Shown one piece after another: positions 1 to 8,873 of a stretch of DNA of 64,000 bases. Within the stretch, counting starts at the first letter, position 1, and each line of letters starts with the position of its first letter. Location of the stretch: IMG/VR virus record IMGVR_UViG_3300025133_000024. One strand, written 5' to 3'. Below the pieces are notes generated by a model. The model ran no database searches, was not told the origin of the DNA, and was given only the letters and a program-made list of their open reading frames with translations. The position numbers and the translations under genes are program-made. This DNA is from a virus.

Positions 1-116
1 GTTTTTTTTTTTCTGTTAGGAAATCTTTGAATTGTTTGTGTGGGTTTTTGGAGATATATTCTTCTTCTTCGATTTGTGGCGGCTCATCATTGTAGAAAAT
101 ATGTTTTAAGAATTGT

Positions 117-950
117 TTATGAGTTTTTCTTTGCATCTGTAACAAAATCCTTCATTTGTTTGTAACCTTCATGAAAAATTTGAATTGCATCTTCTTCAGA
201 AGTTTTGGCTAAATTCATTCTATTATAACTACTATGAAAGTCCAACATGTGAATCGAATCAGGTATTTTTTCAACTTTATACTTAGAAACAATCCTATTA
301 TACATAATTCTTTGCACATAATCAATCAAAGAACTTTGAAACTTGGATGAACCAGTTTTTACAATTCTCATACCAATAATTGAAACATCATCTTCTTCAT
401 GTTCAAAAGCATTAAAAGGTAAATAATATGACCAACCTCCATCAACATAAAGTTCATCACCAATTGATGTTGGGTCAAAAATAAACGGAATTGAACATGA
501 TGCTCTTAATGCCTTTGCTGTTGATAATTCCGGTGTTAATGTAGATGAAAAAACAACATCATCATTCCTCTTCACGTTGGAGGCATAAAGGTAAGTTGGG
601 ATGGAAGCTTCTTTCAGTCTTTCTTTAAAAACGTTTTCAAAATGACTTTCAAGATTGTCTCCCTTTACAAATCCCCATCTTCTAAAGAAATGTAACAAAG
701 AATATCTAACAACACCTTTGTTGTTCACTGGAAGGGTTTGTTTTATTTTCTCTATTAAGGTTTCTTGTTCTCTTTTTATATCTGTTAATGACCATAGACA
801 TGATGCTATTGCTCCACCACTTGTTCCCGCTATTGAAACAATATCATAGTTTTCTTCTTCTAATGCCAATAACCCACCAACGTATAATGGATACAATGCT
901 CCAGAACCAGCCATTATAACTTTAATCTTTTTTTTTGGTGGGTTACTCAT
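117..950 (-). CDS. Patatin-like phospholipase
   Basis: Gly-rich oxyanion loop MAGSGALYP, nucleophile elbow GTSGG, ALRASCSIP, catalytic YVDGG. Confidence 0.92.
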   Translation of the reverse strand: MSNPPKKKIKVIMAGSGALYPLYVGGLLALEEENYDIVSIAGTSGGAIASCLWSLTDIKREQETLIEKIKQTLPVNNKGVVRYSLLHFFRRWGFVKGDNLESHFENVFKERLKEASIPTYLYASNVKRNDDVVFSSTLTPELSTAKALRASCSIPFIFDPTSIGDELYVDGGWSYYLPFNAFEHEEDDVSIIGMRIVKTGSSKFQSSLIDYVQRIMYNRIVSKYKVEKIPDSIHMLDFHSSYNRMNLAKTSEEDAIQIFHEGYKQMKDFVTDAKKNS

Positions 951-1143
951 AAGTTAAAAATTCTCTGATTTTATTATTACCTGTGTCTATGGGCTTACCT
1001 AGGCCACTATCATGTTGAATAAAAACGGTTGACCCAACATATAAAGCCTTTTTATCTTTTAATGGTAAAACTAACCAAAATCTATTCTTATTGCTTAAAG
1101 ATAAAGATACATCACCTTTCTGAAAATAGAAAAATTTACTCAT
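943..1143 (-). CDS. Small paralog-family protein (KKGD...Y-E mini-gene)
   Basis: FQKGDVSL N-terminus, FWLVL, ends FLTYE; overlaps neighbours. Confidence 0.7.
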   Translation of the reverse strand: MSKFFYFQKGDVSLSLSNKNRFWLVLPLKDKKALYVGSTVFIQHDSGLGKPIDTGNNKIREFLTYE

Positions 1144-1333
1144 ACCTTAACCACTCCCTTGTAGAACAAGAATAACGTCCTGATGCCATTTCGTAAACAA
1201 ATTGTATCTTGGTTTTATTTATTTTTGCAAATATAAAATTATCATCCTCTCTAGACAACAAAACCCAAAACACATTTTCTTCGTCTAAAGCCAAACATAT
1301 GTCACCTTTTCCAGGAACAAAATCATTACTCAT
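1136..1333 (-). CDS. Small paralog-family protein
   Basis: Start re-placed at MSNDFVPGKGDICL (ATG 1333 overlaps upstream stop); ends WLRYE. Confidence 0.65.
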   Translation of the reverse strand: MSNDFVPGKGDICLALDEENVFWVLLSREDDNFIFAKINKTKIQFVYEMASGRYSCSTREWLRYE

Positions 1334-1604
1334 TTTTATCACCATATGTGTGAATATCATATGTTTTGTTAAGATGAAGATGATTTTGTGTGTGAATATC
1401 ATATGTTTTGTTAAGATGAAGATGATTTTGATGGTCAACTCTATCATTAAACAGAATCTCTGTTTTTTTTCTTCTTGTTCCTATCCTTAACCAGCCATCT
1501 CCATTATTTTTAGTCTTAAGGCAAATCCAAAGAATAGAAGAAGCAGATGCAATAACCATTTCTCCGTGCTTCATATCATAATAATTATTCATTTTCTTCT
1601 CCAT
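1326..1604 (-). CDS. Small paralog-family protein with in-frame 14-aa duplication
   Basis: MKHGEMVI, ends TYGDKNE; QNHLHLNKTYDIHT occurs twice. Confidence 0.65.
   Translation of the reverse strand: MEKKMNNYYDMKHGEMVIASASSILWICLKTKNNGDGWLRIGTRRKKTEILFNDRVDHQNHLHLNKTYDIHTQNHLHLNKTYDIHTYGDKNE
1347..1430. repeat. Perfect 42-bp tandem duplication
   Basis: tgtgtgaatatcatatgttttgttaagatgaagatgattttg at 1347-1388 and 1389-1430. Confidence 0.95.
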
Positions 1605-1824
1605 TATAAGTTAACCACAATTCTTTTTCGCCAAACTCACCGGCGATTTCAACAATAAAGGGGTTTTCTATAGAGTGATAAAATTTCTCAGATATATACG
1701 AAAAAGGTGATTTAAAAACAAACCACCTGTGAGACTCCTTTTTCGTCTTTAAACAGAGGTGCAAAGTACCGTAAAAAAAATAAATGCTTCCATGGACCGA
1801 GAGTTTGGGTTTGTTTTCTTTCAT
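1585..1824 (-). CDS. Small paralog-family protein
   Basis: HGSIYFF, ends LTYNGEENE; coupled to flanking genes. Confidence 0.6.
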   Translation of the reverse strand: MKENKPKLSVHGSIYFFYGTLHLCLKTKKESHRWFVFKSPFSYISEKFYHSIENPFIVEIAGEFGEKELWLTYNGEENE

Positions 1825-2372
1825 TATTCCTCAAATAGTTTTTCTTGTTTTGATACTTTTTGTGCTCTAATGACATCTTTGGGAAAATTCAAATAACATC
1901 CTTGCCACCCGGCTCTTTTGGCTGTTGGTGGCAAAGGTTTTCTGGGAATCACAAAGGATGGCTTGACATTGGTAGAATGAATAAAGTTAATTTCTTTCAT
2001 GTTTTGATTTTTGTCATATGAAAGAATGAGAATGTGAGATGGTTTTGTTTGGATATGTTTTAGGGTTGTGTTATATTCTGCGGAAATAATCTTTTTTGGT
2101 TGGTTATCAGATTTCCTGAGGAAGGAGCCTTTTTTTATTTTCACTTGAAACTTTGATGAGCAGTGCTGACAAATGACATCCACACTTTTTGTATTAATTC
2201 TTGTTCTTTTTAAAGAGGAGTTATCACAATCGTCGCAACCTTTGTGATAACAAATGGGACAGGATAGATTTTTTTCGACCCATAGTTCTGCGGCTTCTCC
2301 GATAATCCTTGATTGTGTTTTCCAATGTGGATAATGAGTTTTGATTTCCTTTACGCATTTTTTTAAATCCAT
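1824..2372 (-). CDS. DpnI-like (Dam-replacing family) endonuclease, catalytic domain only
   Basis: SRIIGEAAELWV, Zn pairs CPIC and CQHC, D..QVK catalytic motif, IPRKPLPPTAKRAGWQGC closely matches DpnI RKPLAPTARRAGWIGC; no C-terminal winged helix. Confidence 0.85.
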   Translation of the reverse strand: MDLKKCVKEIKTHYPHWKTQSRIIGEAAELWVEKNLSCPICYHKGCDDCDNSSLKRTRINTKSVDVICQHCSSKFQVKIKKGSFLRKSDNQPKKIISAEYNTTLKHIQTKPSHILILSYDKNQNMKEINFIHSTNVKPSFVIPRKPLPPTAKRAGWQGCYLNFPKDVIRAQKVSKQEKLFEE

Positions 2373-2375
2373 TGT

Positions 2376-2648
2376 TTAACCTAATAAGACTTGATTTGTT
2401 TTTTGAAATAGTTCTCTTAGAACACTAATTGATTTAATAACAATAATTTCTTCAGACACACCTCCCTTGTTTATTGTTAGTTGTGATAGGTTATGTTCAG
2501 GGTGCAATATTTCTCTAAGGTTTTCTTTTATAAGTCTTTGTTTGGACGCATTACAGGGTTTTATGTCTACAACAAAATCAGGGTTAACAAGGCGTTCTCT
2601 TATGGAGAAAGCGTTATTTTTTTTATATACTTCAACAATTTCTATCAT
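2376..2648 (-). CDS. Hypothetical protein
   Basis: 90-aa ORF in operon, typical composition. Confidence 0.65.
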   Translation of the reverse strand: MIEIVEVYKKNNAFSIRERLVNPDFVVDIKPCNASKQRLIKENLREILHPEHNLSQLTINKGGVSEEIIVIKSISVLRELFQKTNQVLLG

Positions 2649-2660
2649 TTGTTTTCCCTT

Positions 2661-3002
2661 TTATCCAAAAAGCATTTTTTGTACAATGGTTATTGTTAAC
2701 CCAACAATAGCCGTGATAACAAGCCAATTAAACTTGGTTGTTGAAGATTTCCAAAGCTCTAAAGCTTGAAGTCTCAGAAAGATTCCTTGGTCTCCATTTA
2801 ATTTCTCATCTAAAAGTTTCTTTATTTCTGCTAAAGAAGTTTCAATTGACACTTGATAAGATTCAAACTCTTTAACCATTTTTTGAAGGTTTTTGTTTGT
2901 TTGTTCAGAATTCATCTGAACCCACATTCTCCATTCTCCGAGATTAGCAGGTTTTGTGGGCATAGCTTCTAGATTTCCAGGAGGGAAAGATAAATCATTC
3001 AT
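2661..3002 (-). CDS. Coiled-coil protein with C-terminal TM helix (XhlA/holin-like)
   Basis: Heptad-rich middle, LQALELWK then hydrophobic FNWLVITAIVGLTITIV. Confidence 0.55.
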   Translation of the reverse strand: MNDLSFPPGNLEAMPTKPANLGEWRMWVQMNSEQTNKNLQKMVKEFESYQVSIETSLAEIKKLLDEKLNGDQGIFLRLQALELWKSSTTKFNWLVITAIVGLTITIVQKMLFG

Positions 3003-3469
3003 TGTTTATGCTCCTCTGTACGACTTTTCTTTGATGTTACAACAACTGCTCCTTTAAATTCACCATTTATCAACAAAGGGGCAGATTTTACTTCGAAAAC
3101 AACCTCGACATTATCTTTATCTAAATAAATGGTAGCATGGCTCTTTTTCTGTGTGGTTAAAGTCACAAACCCAGGAATTTCATTTTGTTTAAGAAGTTCT
3201 CCATCCAGATGCTTAAATTGATAATAATCAACCCATTTATCAAAAGTTAAGTCCTTTGGAACTTCAAATCCTAGCCTAATGGATTCTTCATTCTTATAAA
3301 GAATTTGTCCTTTTAAATCTAGAATAAAAATCCCAACAGGGGCACAATTTAAAGCAGATTGCAAAAAGAAGAAATTCTTCACTGTTTCTTCTTCTTTCTT
3401 GTTCAGTTCTCTTAACATATCTATGACAATACAATTATCCATCTTGCAAAATTCTTCCAAAATTATCAT
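2999..3469 (-). CDS. Stand-alone PAS-domain protein
   Basis: LQSALNCAPVGIFILDLKGQILYKN...G...FEVKSAPLLINGEFKGAVVV follows the PAS consensus. Confidence 0.8.
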   Translation of the reverse strand: MIILEEFCKMDNCIVIDMLRELNKKEEETVKNFFFLQSALNCAPVGIFILDLKGQILYKNEESIRLGFEVPKDLTFDKWVDYYQFKHLDGELLKQNEIPGFVTLTTQKKSHATIYLDKDNVEVVFEVKSAPLLINGEFKGAVVVTSKKSRTEEHKQ

Positions 3470-3662
3470 GTCGGACCAGCCAGAACTGACCTCGACACAT
3501 TACTTGCCAAAAAGAATCCTTCATAGATAATATAAGACCCCAGGACGGTTTGTCAAGTGTCAACATAGATAAATTTTTCTGTTTTTTCTTCAAGTTTGAA
3601 GAAAAATTTCTTAACTTAAAATTTTGAGGTAAATAAATTAAATCACCTTTTTTATACGACAT
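3435..3662 (-). CDS. Small paralog-family protein (SH3/KOW-like)
   Basis: MSYKKGDLIYLP, GLIL, WQV, W-V beta-strand pattern. Confidence 0.7.
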   Translation of the reverse strand: MSYKKGDLIYLPQNFKLRNFSSNLKKKQKNLSMLTLDKPSWGLILSMKDSFWQVMCRGQFWLVRHDNFGRILQDG

Positions 3663-3674
3663 ATTGCATTCCCT

Positions 3675-5246
3675 TTAACAAAAACAAATTGAATTTCCAG
3701 TTGTTAACAGCAATCCTCCTGCTGCAACACCATTTTTTAATGCAGACAACAATACCTTTGTTGGCTCAATAATGCCATCATCAATCATAACACATTTTTC
3801 AAGCTTTGAAAAGTTAAATCCCTTTTCATACCCTTCTTCAGATACAAGAAAGTTTCGAATCATATCGAATGACTGATGAGAATTTTGACAGAGTTTTCTC
3901 AACGGATATTGAATGGCTTTCAGTAAAATCTTTTTACCTAACTCTTGTTCTTCTGTTTCCAAAACTTCTTCTTCTAATTCTTTTGAGAGTTTTGTTAATA
4001 CAACTCCACCTCCTGGAACATAGCCCATTTCTTGAGCAGAAATGACAGCCTCTAAAGCATCTTCCACCCTATGTTTCTTTTCTGTCATGGCTGACTCTGT
4101 TAAGCCACCAACCTTGATAATAGCAATTGCTGAGGAGAGTCTTGTAATCCTATCTTGCAATACCTTACAAACACTAAAGTCTCTTTCTTGCTTTATCTCT
4201 TCCCTTAGGGAATTAATCTTTGTCTCAATTTGTTCTAAATCACCTTTACAGCCAACCACTGCTGTTTGATACTTACTTGATTCAACAGACTTTGCTTGAC
4301 CCAATTGCTCGATTTCCACATCCTTCAGAAACATTCCAGACTCTTTTGAGATAAATGTAGCTCCGGTTGCAATACACAAATCTTCTAAAACACTTTTTCT
4401 CTCCGAACCATAACTCGAAATTTTAATCGCACCCGCCTTAATTGTCCCCTTTGCAGCATTTAAATTTAATAAAGCATTTGCTTCACCTTCAATCCCACTA
4501 GCAACAATCACAAGAGGTAAATTAGCACGACTTACCATTTCCATAACATTCCATATCTCCTCAGAAGATTCAATTTTATGGTCTGTTACCAAAATTAAAG
4601 GATTATCATGTTTCATAATTCCTTTTCTTTCATCTGTTATAAAAGAATTAGACACAATCCCGGAGTCAAATACAAACCCCTCAACAATCTCTAAACTTGT
4701 TTCTTCAGTATTTGACTCTTCTACAGAGATAGCTCCTTCCCTACCAACACTCTCAAGGGCCTTTACAACAACGGAGGCAATGGCTTTATCTCCATTAGAG
4801 GAAACCATTGCAATGTCTTCTAATTCCTCTAAGGAGTTGATTGAGAGCGAAATATTTTTAATTTTCTCTTCTAAGAGTTTTAAAGTTGTTTCTATTCCTT
4901 TTTTTATTTCATGTGGATTGTAATTGGAGATTAGATATTTATAACCTTCTTTGAATATCTGACCAGCAATAAGTGTAGACGTTGTGGTTCCATCACCAGC
5001 ATCACTATTTGTTCTCTCTGAGGCTTCTCTAATAATATCAATAGCAGCTTGCTCAAATAGATTCTCACTGTTAACAAATTTGCTAACTGTCACACCATCT
5101 TTCGTTATCAAAGGCAACTTGTCTTTTTGCTTTATAAGGACATTTTTGCCTTTTGGTCCTAATGTTGAACCAACGTTATCCATGAGTTTGTTAATACCTG
5201 TTAAAAATTCATCATATAAAGATGAATCAGACTTATATTCAATCAT
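3675..5246 (-). CDS. groEL: Group I chaperonin GroEL-like
   Basis: TLGPKG, ITKDGVTV, AGDGTTT, VEDAL, GGG motifs; no GGM tail. Confidence 0.95.
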   Translation of the reverse strand: MIEYKSDSSLYDEFLTGINKLMDNVGSTLGPKGKNVLIKQKDKLPLITKDGVTVSKFVNSENLFEQAAIDIIREASERTNSDAGDGTTTSTLIAGQIFKEGYKYLISNYNPHEIKKGIETTLKLLEEKIKNISLSINSLEELEDIAMVSSNGDKAIASVVVKALESVGREGAISVEESNTEETSLEIVEGFVFDSGIVSNSFITDERKGIMKHDNPLILVTDHKIESSEEIWNVMEMVSRANLPLVIVASGIEGEANALLNLNAAKGTIKAGAIKISSYGSERKSVLEDLCIATGATFISKESGMFLKDVEIEQLGQAKSVESSKYQTAVVGCKGDLEQIETKINSLREEIKQERDFSVCKVLQDRITRLSSAIAIIKVGGLTESAMTEKKHRVEDALEAVISAQEMGYVPGGGVVLTKLSKELEEEVLETEEQELGKKILLKAIQYPLRKLCQNSHQSFDMIRNFLVSEEGYEKGFNFSKLEKCVMIDDGIIEPTKVLLSALKNGVAAGGLLLTTGNSICFC

Positions 5247-5255
5247 TATCTTCTC

Positions 5256-6956
5256 TTAATTTTCTTTTATTATTGTGTCTCTTATTAGTTGTTCTATATT
5301 TTTCGAATCTTCTATTGCTTTGATTCCCAACTCCTCAGACAAACCTGATAAAGCGAATTTGTTTAGACTATTTGTTAAGGTCTTTAGTTGTCCAAATAAC
5401 TCAAACAACTTATCGTCCATATGTCTTCTATAAAGATGTGCGATAGTAGATAAACTTCTTGGACCATACTTTATGACCCCAATTTCTTTTACCATCAAAT
5501 CAACATCACCAATGATGTTTCTCCAGATAAATTGTTTTTTGTTTATCACGCCATAAGAATGTGATAGAGCTTGCCAGAACTTTGCAGGGTTGGTGTCCCT
5601 TAACTCTTTAAGAATTTGCAAACTCTTTGATAAAGAAAGATAGTGAGATACAGACTTCTTCTTTTTTTGTTGTTCTTTTATATGGTCTTTGTATTTCTTT
5701 AATAATTCTGATATTGTTTTTGTTGCTTGGTTTGAAAAATATTTTATTAACAATTGAGACTTGTTGCTATAAAGACTATCACCTCTTATCGATAATGTCA
5801 AGATATTATTTATATCTTTTTCATAAAAATCTGTAATAGAGAATGATATGTTTGGGGGGATTTCTGCTTCTTGGTATTCCTCTAAATAAGGAAGTTTTTC
5901 TTCTAACAATTGATTCAATATATCAGAGAAAAGAGTTTTTGATATGTTATTGTCAAAAAATTCATCAATTTGTTTTTTGGCAGGAATATTAGGTGAAATG
6001 TCTAATCCAAGTTTATCAAAGAAATATTTCATTTTGATTCTATGAGTTTGTGAATCATATAATTCTACAAGCTTTTTTTTGTAGTTTTCAAAGAACTTGT
6101 TTTCAAAATCTGTTAATAAATTTTCTTTGTTTTTTTCTAAAAATTCTACAAAAGTCCCGACTTTGATATATCTTTGATTGGCTCCATCTTCAGAACTTTC
6201 CAATTCTTGTTCTGGATGATAATATTCAAATACAGACTTAGGAAGCAATACAAGTTTTTCATAAGTTGGGTTCTTTAGAAATAGATTTAAAAAGGAATCT
6301 TTGTTCACATCTAGTTTGTGAAAATGTAGCCAACCATCTGTACTTTCATGACCCTGAACGCCTACTTTTTTTACTAGAACAAAATTAATTGAATGCTCCG
6401 GGTCCATCCCTCTAAAATCTTTTATCAAATTTTGATAAGAACCTTTAATTTCATCCCTTACAACTGTCTTAAGAGAATAAGGCTTTCTCTCTTTATCATA
6501 AAAATCAATAATTGAACCCTCTTTAACTGGAACAACTTCACCACCTAACACTAAGGATAGAAAAGATTCAAAAGACATTCCAGCGCTTGAAGGGTCAAGA
6601 TTTATAAAGATACTAGTGAGGGATTTTACGAGAACCATAAACCTGAGGAGGGTGGATATTTGTTCTCTTTGTGACCATTCTTTGTTCTTGAAGAATTTTC
6701 CATCCATTAATAAAGCGATGGAAGCTAGTCTATTTTCCAATAAACTACCTGGAACGTCCGAGCTTATATTGTCCACAAAAAGCTCTAATTCTTTTCTTAT
6801 TTCTTCCAAAATTGTTGAGCCGTGTTCCTCTTGTGACCATGCCACTTGGGAAAGTTTTATGTCCGGCGTTCCAGACCAAACCAAAGAAATATGCTTTTGA
6901 TATTCACTTTCAGTCCTTTCAATCAACAACCTTAAGGTTTCATCATTTAATCTCAT
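5256..6956 (-). CDS. Hypothetical protein, possible PD-(D/E)XK-like nuclease
   Basis: 566-aa ORF; SSAGMSFESFL...IIDF...YSLK resembles an E..D..xK nuclease core. Confidence 0.45.
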   Translation of the reverse strand: MRLNDETLRLLIERTESEYQKHISLVWSGTPDIKLSQVAWSQEEHGSTILEEIRKELELFVDNISSDVPGSLLENRLASIALLMDGKFFKNKEWSQREQISTLLRFMVLVKSLTSIFINLDPSSAGMSFESFLSLVLGGEVVPVKEGSIIDFYDKERKPYSLKTVVRDEIKGSYQNLIKDFRGMDPEHSINFVLVKKVGVQGHESTDGWLHFHKLDVNKDSFLNLFLKNPTYEKLVLLPKSVFEYYHPEQELESSEDGANQRYIKVGTFVEFLEKNKENLLTDFENKFFENYKKKLVELYDSQTHRIKMKYFFDKLGLDISPNIPAKKQIDEFFDNNISKTLFSDILNQLLEEKLPYLEEYQEAEIPPNISFSITDFYEKDINNILTLSIRGDSLYSNKSQLLIKYFSNQATKTISELLKKYKDHIKEQQKKKKSVSHYLSLSKSLQILKELRDTNPAKFWQALSHSYGVINKKQFIWRNIIGDVDLMVKEIGVIKYGPRSLSTIAHLYRRHMDDKLFELFGQLKTLTNSLNKFALSGLSEELGIKAIEDSKNIEQLIRDTIIKEN

Positions 6957-6968
6957 AGTTTTAAACTC

Positions 6969-7592
6969 TTACAGAATGGTGTCTACTAAACCCCATTTCT
7001 TAGCTTCTGTTGCATTGAAATAAACATTCTTTCTCTTCTTCAAAAGTCTTTTTAGTTTTGCTTCATTCAAAGATGTGTTTTCTTCAAGAATATCAATATA
7101 CGTCTTTTCCAAAAATCTTGTTTCATCTGCTTCATTTTTGATAATGTCGTAATCTGCCACCAATGCCTCAGAAATCATTACCAAAGGATGAATCATAAAT
7201 CGACAATTCTTCATTGTCTCTCTTTCACTTCCAGCAGATAAAATTAACAAACCAGCAGACATAACCTTTCCAACAGCAATAATTTTTACTGTCGCAACTG
7301 TCTTCAACAACTCAATACAATCAACAATACCAAAAGCATCATATAATGAACCACCATTTGTTGATAATATAATTTCCACCAATGGAGTTTCCATTGGCTC
7401 ATTTTCTTTAATAACAGAATAAATCGAGTATAACGACTCAACAATATCTGCACAAGATGTTTCTTCAATTTCACCAAAAATATTTAATCCGAACTTATTA
7501 TTCTCTTCCAGTTCAAATTCAACATCCTCTTCAATACTATCTTCAACACTACATTCTTCAGTCTCAAGACATTTGTCTTTAGTCATTATCAA
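6969..7592 (-). CDS. clpP: ClpP-like peptidase subunit
   Basis: LSTNGGS, MSAG (Ser nucleophile), FMIHP (His), ATEAKKWGLVD; canonical triad Asp position reads Asn. Confidence 0.85.
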   Translation of the reverse strand: MIMTKDKCLETEECSVEDSIEEDVEFELEENNKFGLNIFGEIEETSCADIVESLYSIYSVIKENEPMETPLVEIILSTNGGSLYDAFGIVDCIELLKTVATVKIIAVGKVMSAGLLILSAGSERETMKNCRFMIHPLVMISEALVADYDIIKNEADETRFLEKTYIDILEENTSLNEAKLKRLLKKRKNVYFNATEAKKWGLVDTIL

Positions 7593-7740
7593 CCACCCTT
7601 AGTTTTTGTTTTAGTATTCTTTGAACAGACTCATTAATTTGTTCACCAGTTACAGGATATAACAAACTCTTCTTCTTTTTTTTATTTAACTCTTCTAAAA
7701 TTATCTCTTTTAATTGTTCCTTCATGATTCCTTCCTTCAT
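7579..7740 (-). CDS. Small protein below ORF-track cutoff
   Basis: My translation MKEGIMKEQLKEIILEELNKKKK...VVDND; stop overlaps clpP start; LKEIILEEL motif. Confidence 0.5.
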   Translation of the reverse strand: MKEGIMKEQLKEIILEELNKKKKKSLLYPVTGEQINESVQRILKQKLRVVDND

Positions 7741-7783
7741 AAAAATAAAGCCCATAGTGCATTATAACACATTATGGGCTTTA
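7741..7783 (-). terminator. Hairpin terminator with extended -10 (TGnTATAAT) in its loop
   Basis: 11-bp IR taaagcccata (7746-7756)/(7773-7783) followed by T5 on minus; TATAAT at 7766-7761. Confidence 0.65.
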
Positions 7784-7819
7784 TAAAAGAATATTTATAT
7801 TCTCCTTAATCGACTTAAA

Positions 7820-8464
7820 TTATTGATTAAATTCAGATGCAATTCTCTGGGAGATATTTTTAACCAATCTATCAACGTCCAGACTTTCTAGAAGTTTTTT
7901 TCTTTTTTGACCTTTCTTCAGGGTATGCATCACACTCTCAGAAAGAGTATCAGCTACATCCTCAGCCAAATCTTCTTCTTCTTTAAGTCTGTGATGTTTA
8001 GAGCCACTCTTGCAACCTTCATTCTTGACATTCCCAGGCGCACCTTGAATATCATGCTCTTGAAGTGCTTCATCATCCAAAATCTCGCCTTCAAGGTCAT
8101 CACCAGCACCACCCATAGCTTGTTCTAGTTGTTTACCAAGCTCGATAATTGTTTGTGCAGTATCTTCGGGAAGTTCAAGTTCAACATCACCTCCCATTCC
8201 TGCGTCCATTCCCAAATCAGGTGGGCCTTCGGCACCAACTTCACCTTCTAGACCTTCAGGAGGTGTTTCACCACCAGCTTCCAATCCTGGACCCATATCA
8301 TCAACTGGGGCATCTTCCAATCCTTCGTCAGAAAGTTCTTCGTCTTCTTCTTCCATCTCGCTGACAAATTGATTCATATAACTTTCAGAAAGTTGTTTTT
8401 GTCCAGACAATTTCATCCAACGTTCTGTGGTCTCTCTACCCAACAATAGTTTCTTCTTTGACAT
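7820..8464 (-). CDS. Highly acidic putative internal head/core protein
   Basis: D/E/G/P-rich; N-terminal ERWMKLSG resembles the scaffold C-terminal RWKKLAG; late-type motif upstream. Confidence 0.55.
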   Translation of the reverse strand: MSKKKLLLGRETTERWMKLSGQKQLSESYMNQFVSEMEEEDEELSDEGLEDAPVDDMGPGLEAGGETPPEGLEGEVGAEGPPDLGMDAGMGGDVELELPEDTAQTIIELGKQLEQAMGGAGDDLEGEILDDEALQEHDIQGAPGNVKNEGCKSGSKHHRLKEEEDLAEDVADTLSESVMHTLKKGQKRKKLLESLDVDRLVKNISQRIASEFNQ

Positions 8465-8624
8465 TACAGTATTTTCTCCTAAATCATTTCTTTGTAAAAT
8501 AAAGTGAAATTAATAGTAAATTTGCTCTGGACATGCCAAAAACAAAAATTCGACACAATTTATCATTAATTAGTTCACAAATTTCAACAAAAGAAACGAT
8601 AAAATAAAATACTACAAAATCATA

Positions 8625-8864
8625 TCAGAATTCAGATAAAAACCCTCTTTTCTTTAATTTTGATAATGCTTTATTATGTATTTTGTAAACTGTTGATAAT
8701 GATAAGCTTAATTTATCTGCTATTTGAACCATATTATGCTCTCCATCATATTCAACAGATACTAAACTACAATTTAAATCTTTGTCTCTTTTAAACCAAT
8801 ACCTACATTTACATTCACCACAAACCTTTTTGTTGTTTAATATTTCTTTTACACATTCTTTCAT
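8625..8864 (-). CDS. Cys-rich sigma-70 region-4-like HTH protein
   Basis: CxxCxC..C followed by MVQIADKLSLSLSTVYKIHNKALSKLK. Confidence 0.7.
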   Translation of the reverse strand: MKECVKEILNNKKVCGECKCRYWFKRDKDLNCSLVSVEYDGEHNMVQIADKLSLSLSTVYKIHNKALSKLKKRGFLSEF

Positions 8865-8873
8865 TTTGTAAAC

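Noticed and set aside
1334-1447. N-terminal extension of ORF 1136..1447
   Set aside because: It overlaps the real gene 1326..1604; the family-type start is at 1333. The same reasoning was applied to 18950, 39045 and 55415.
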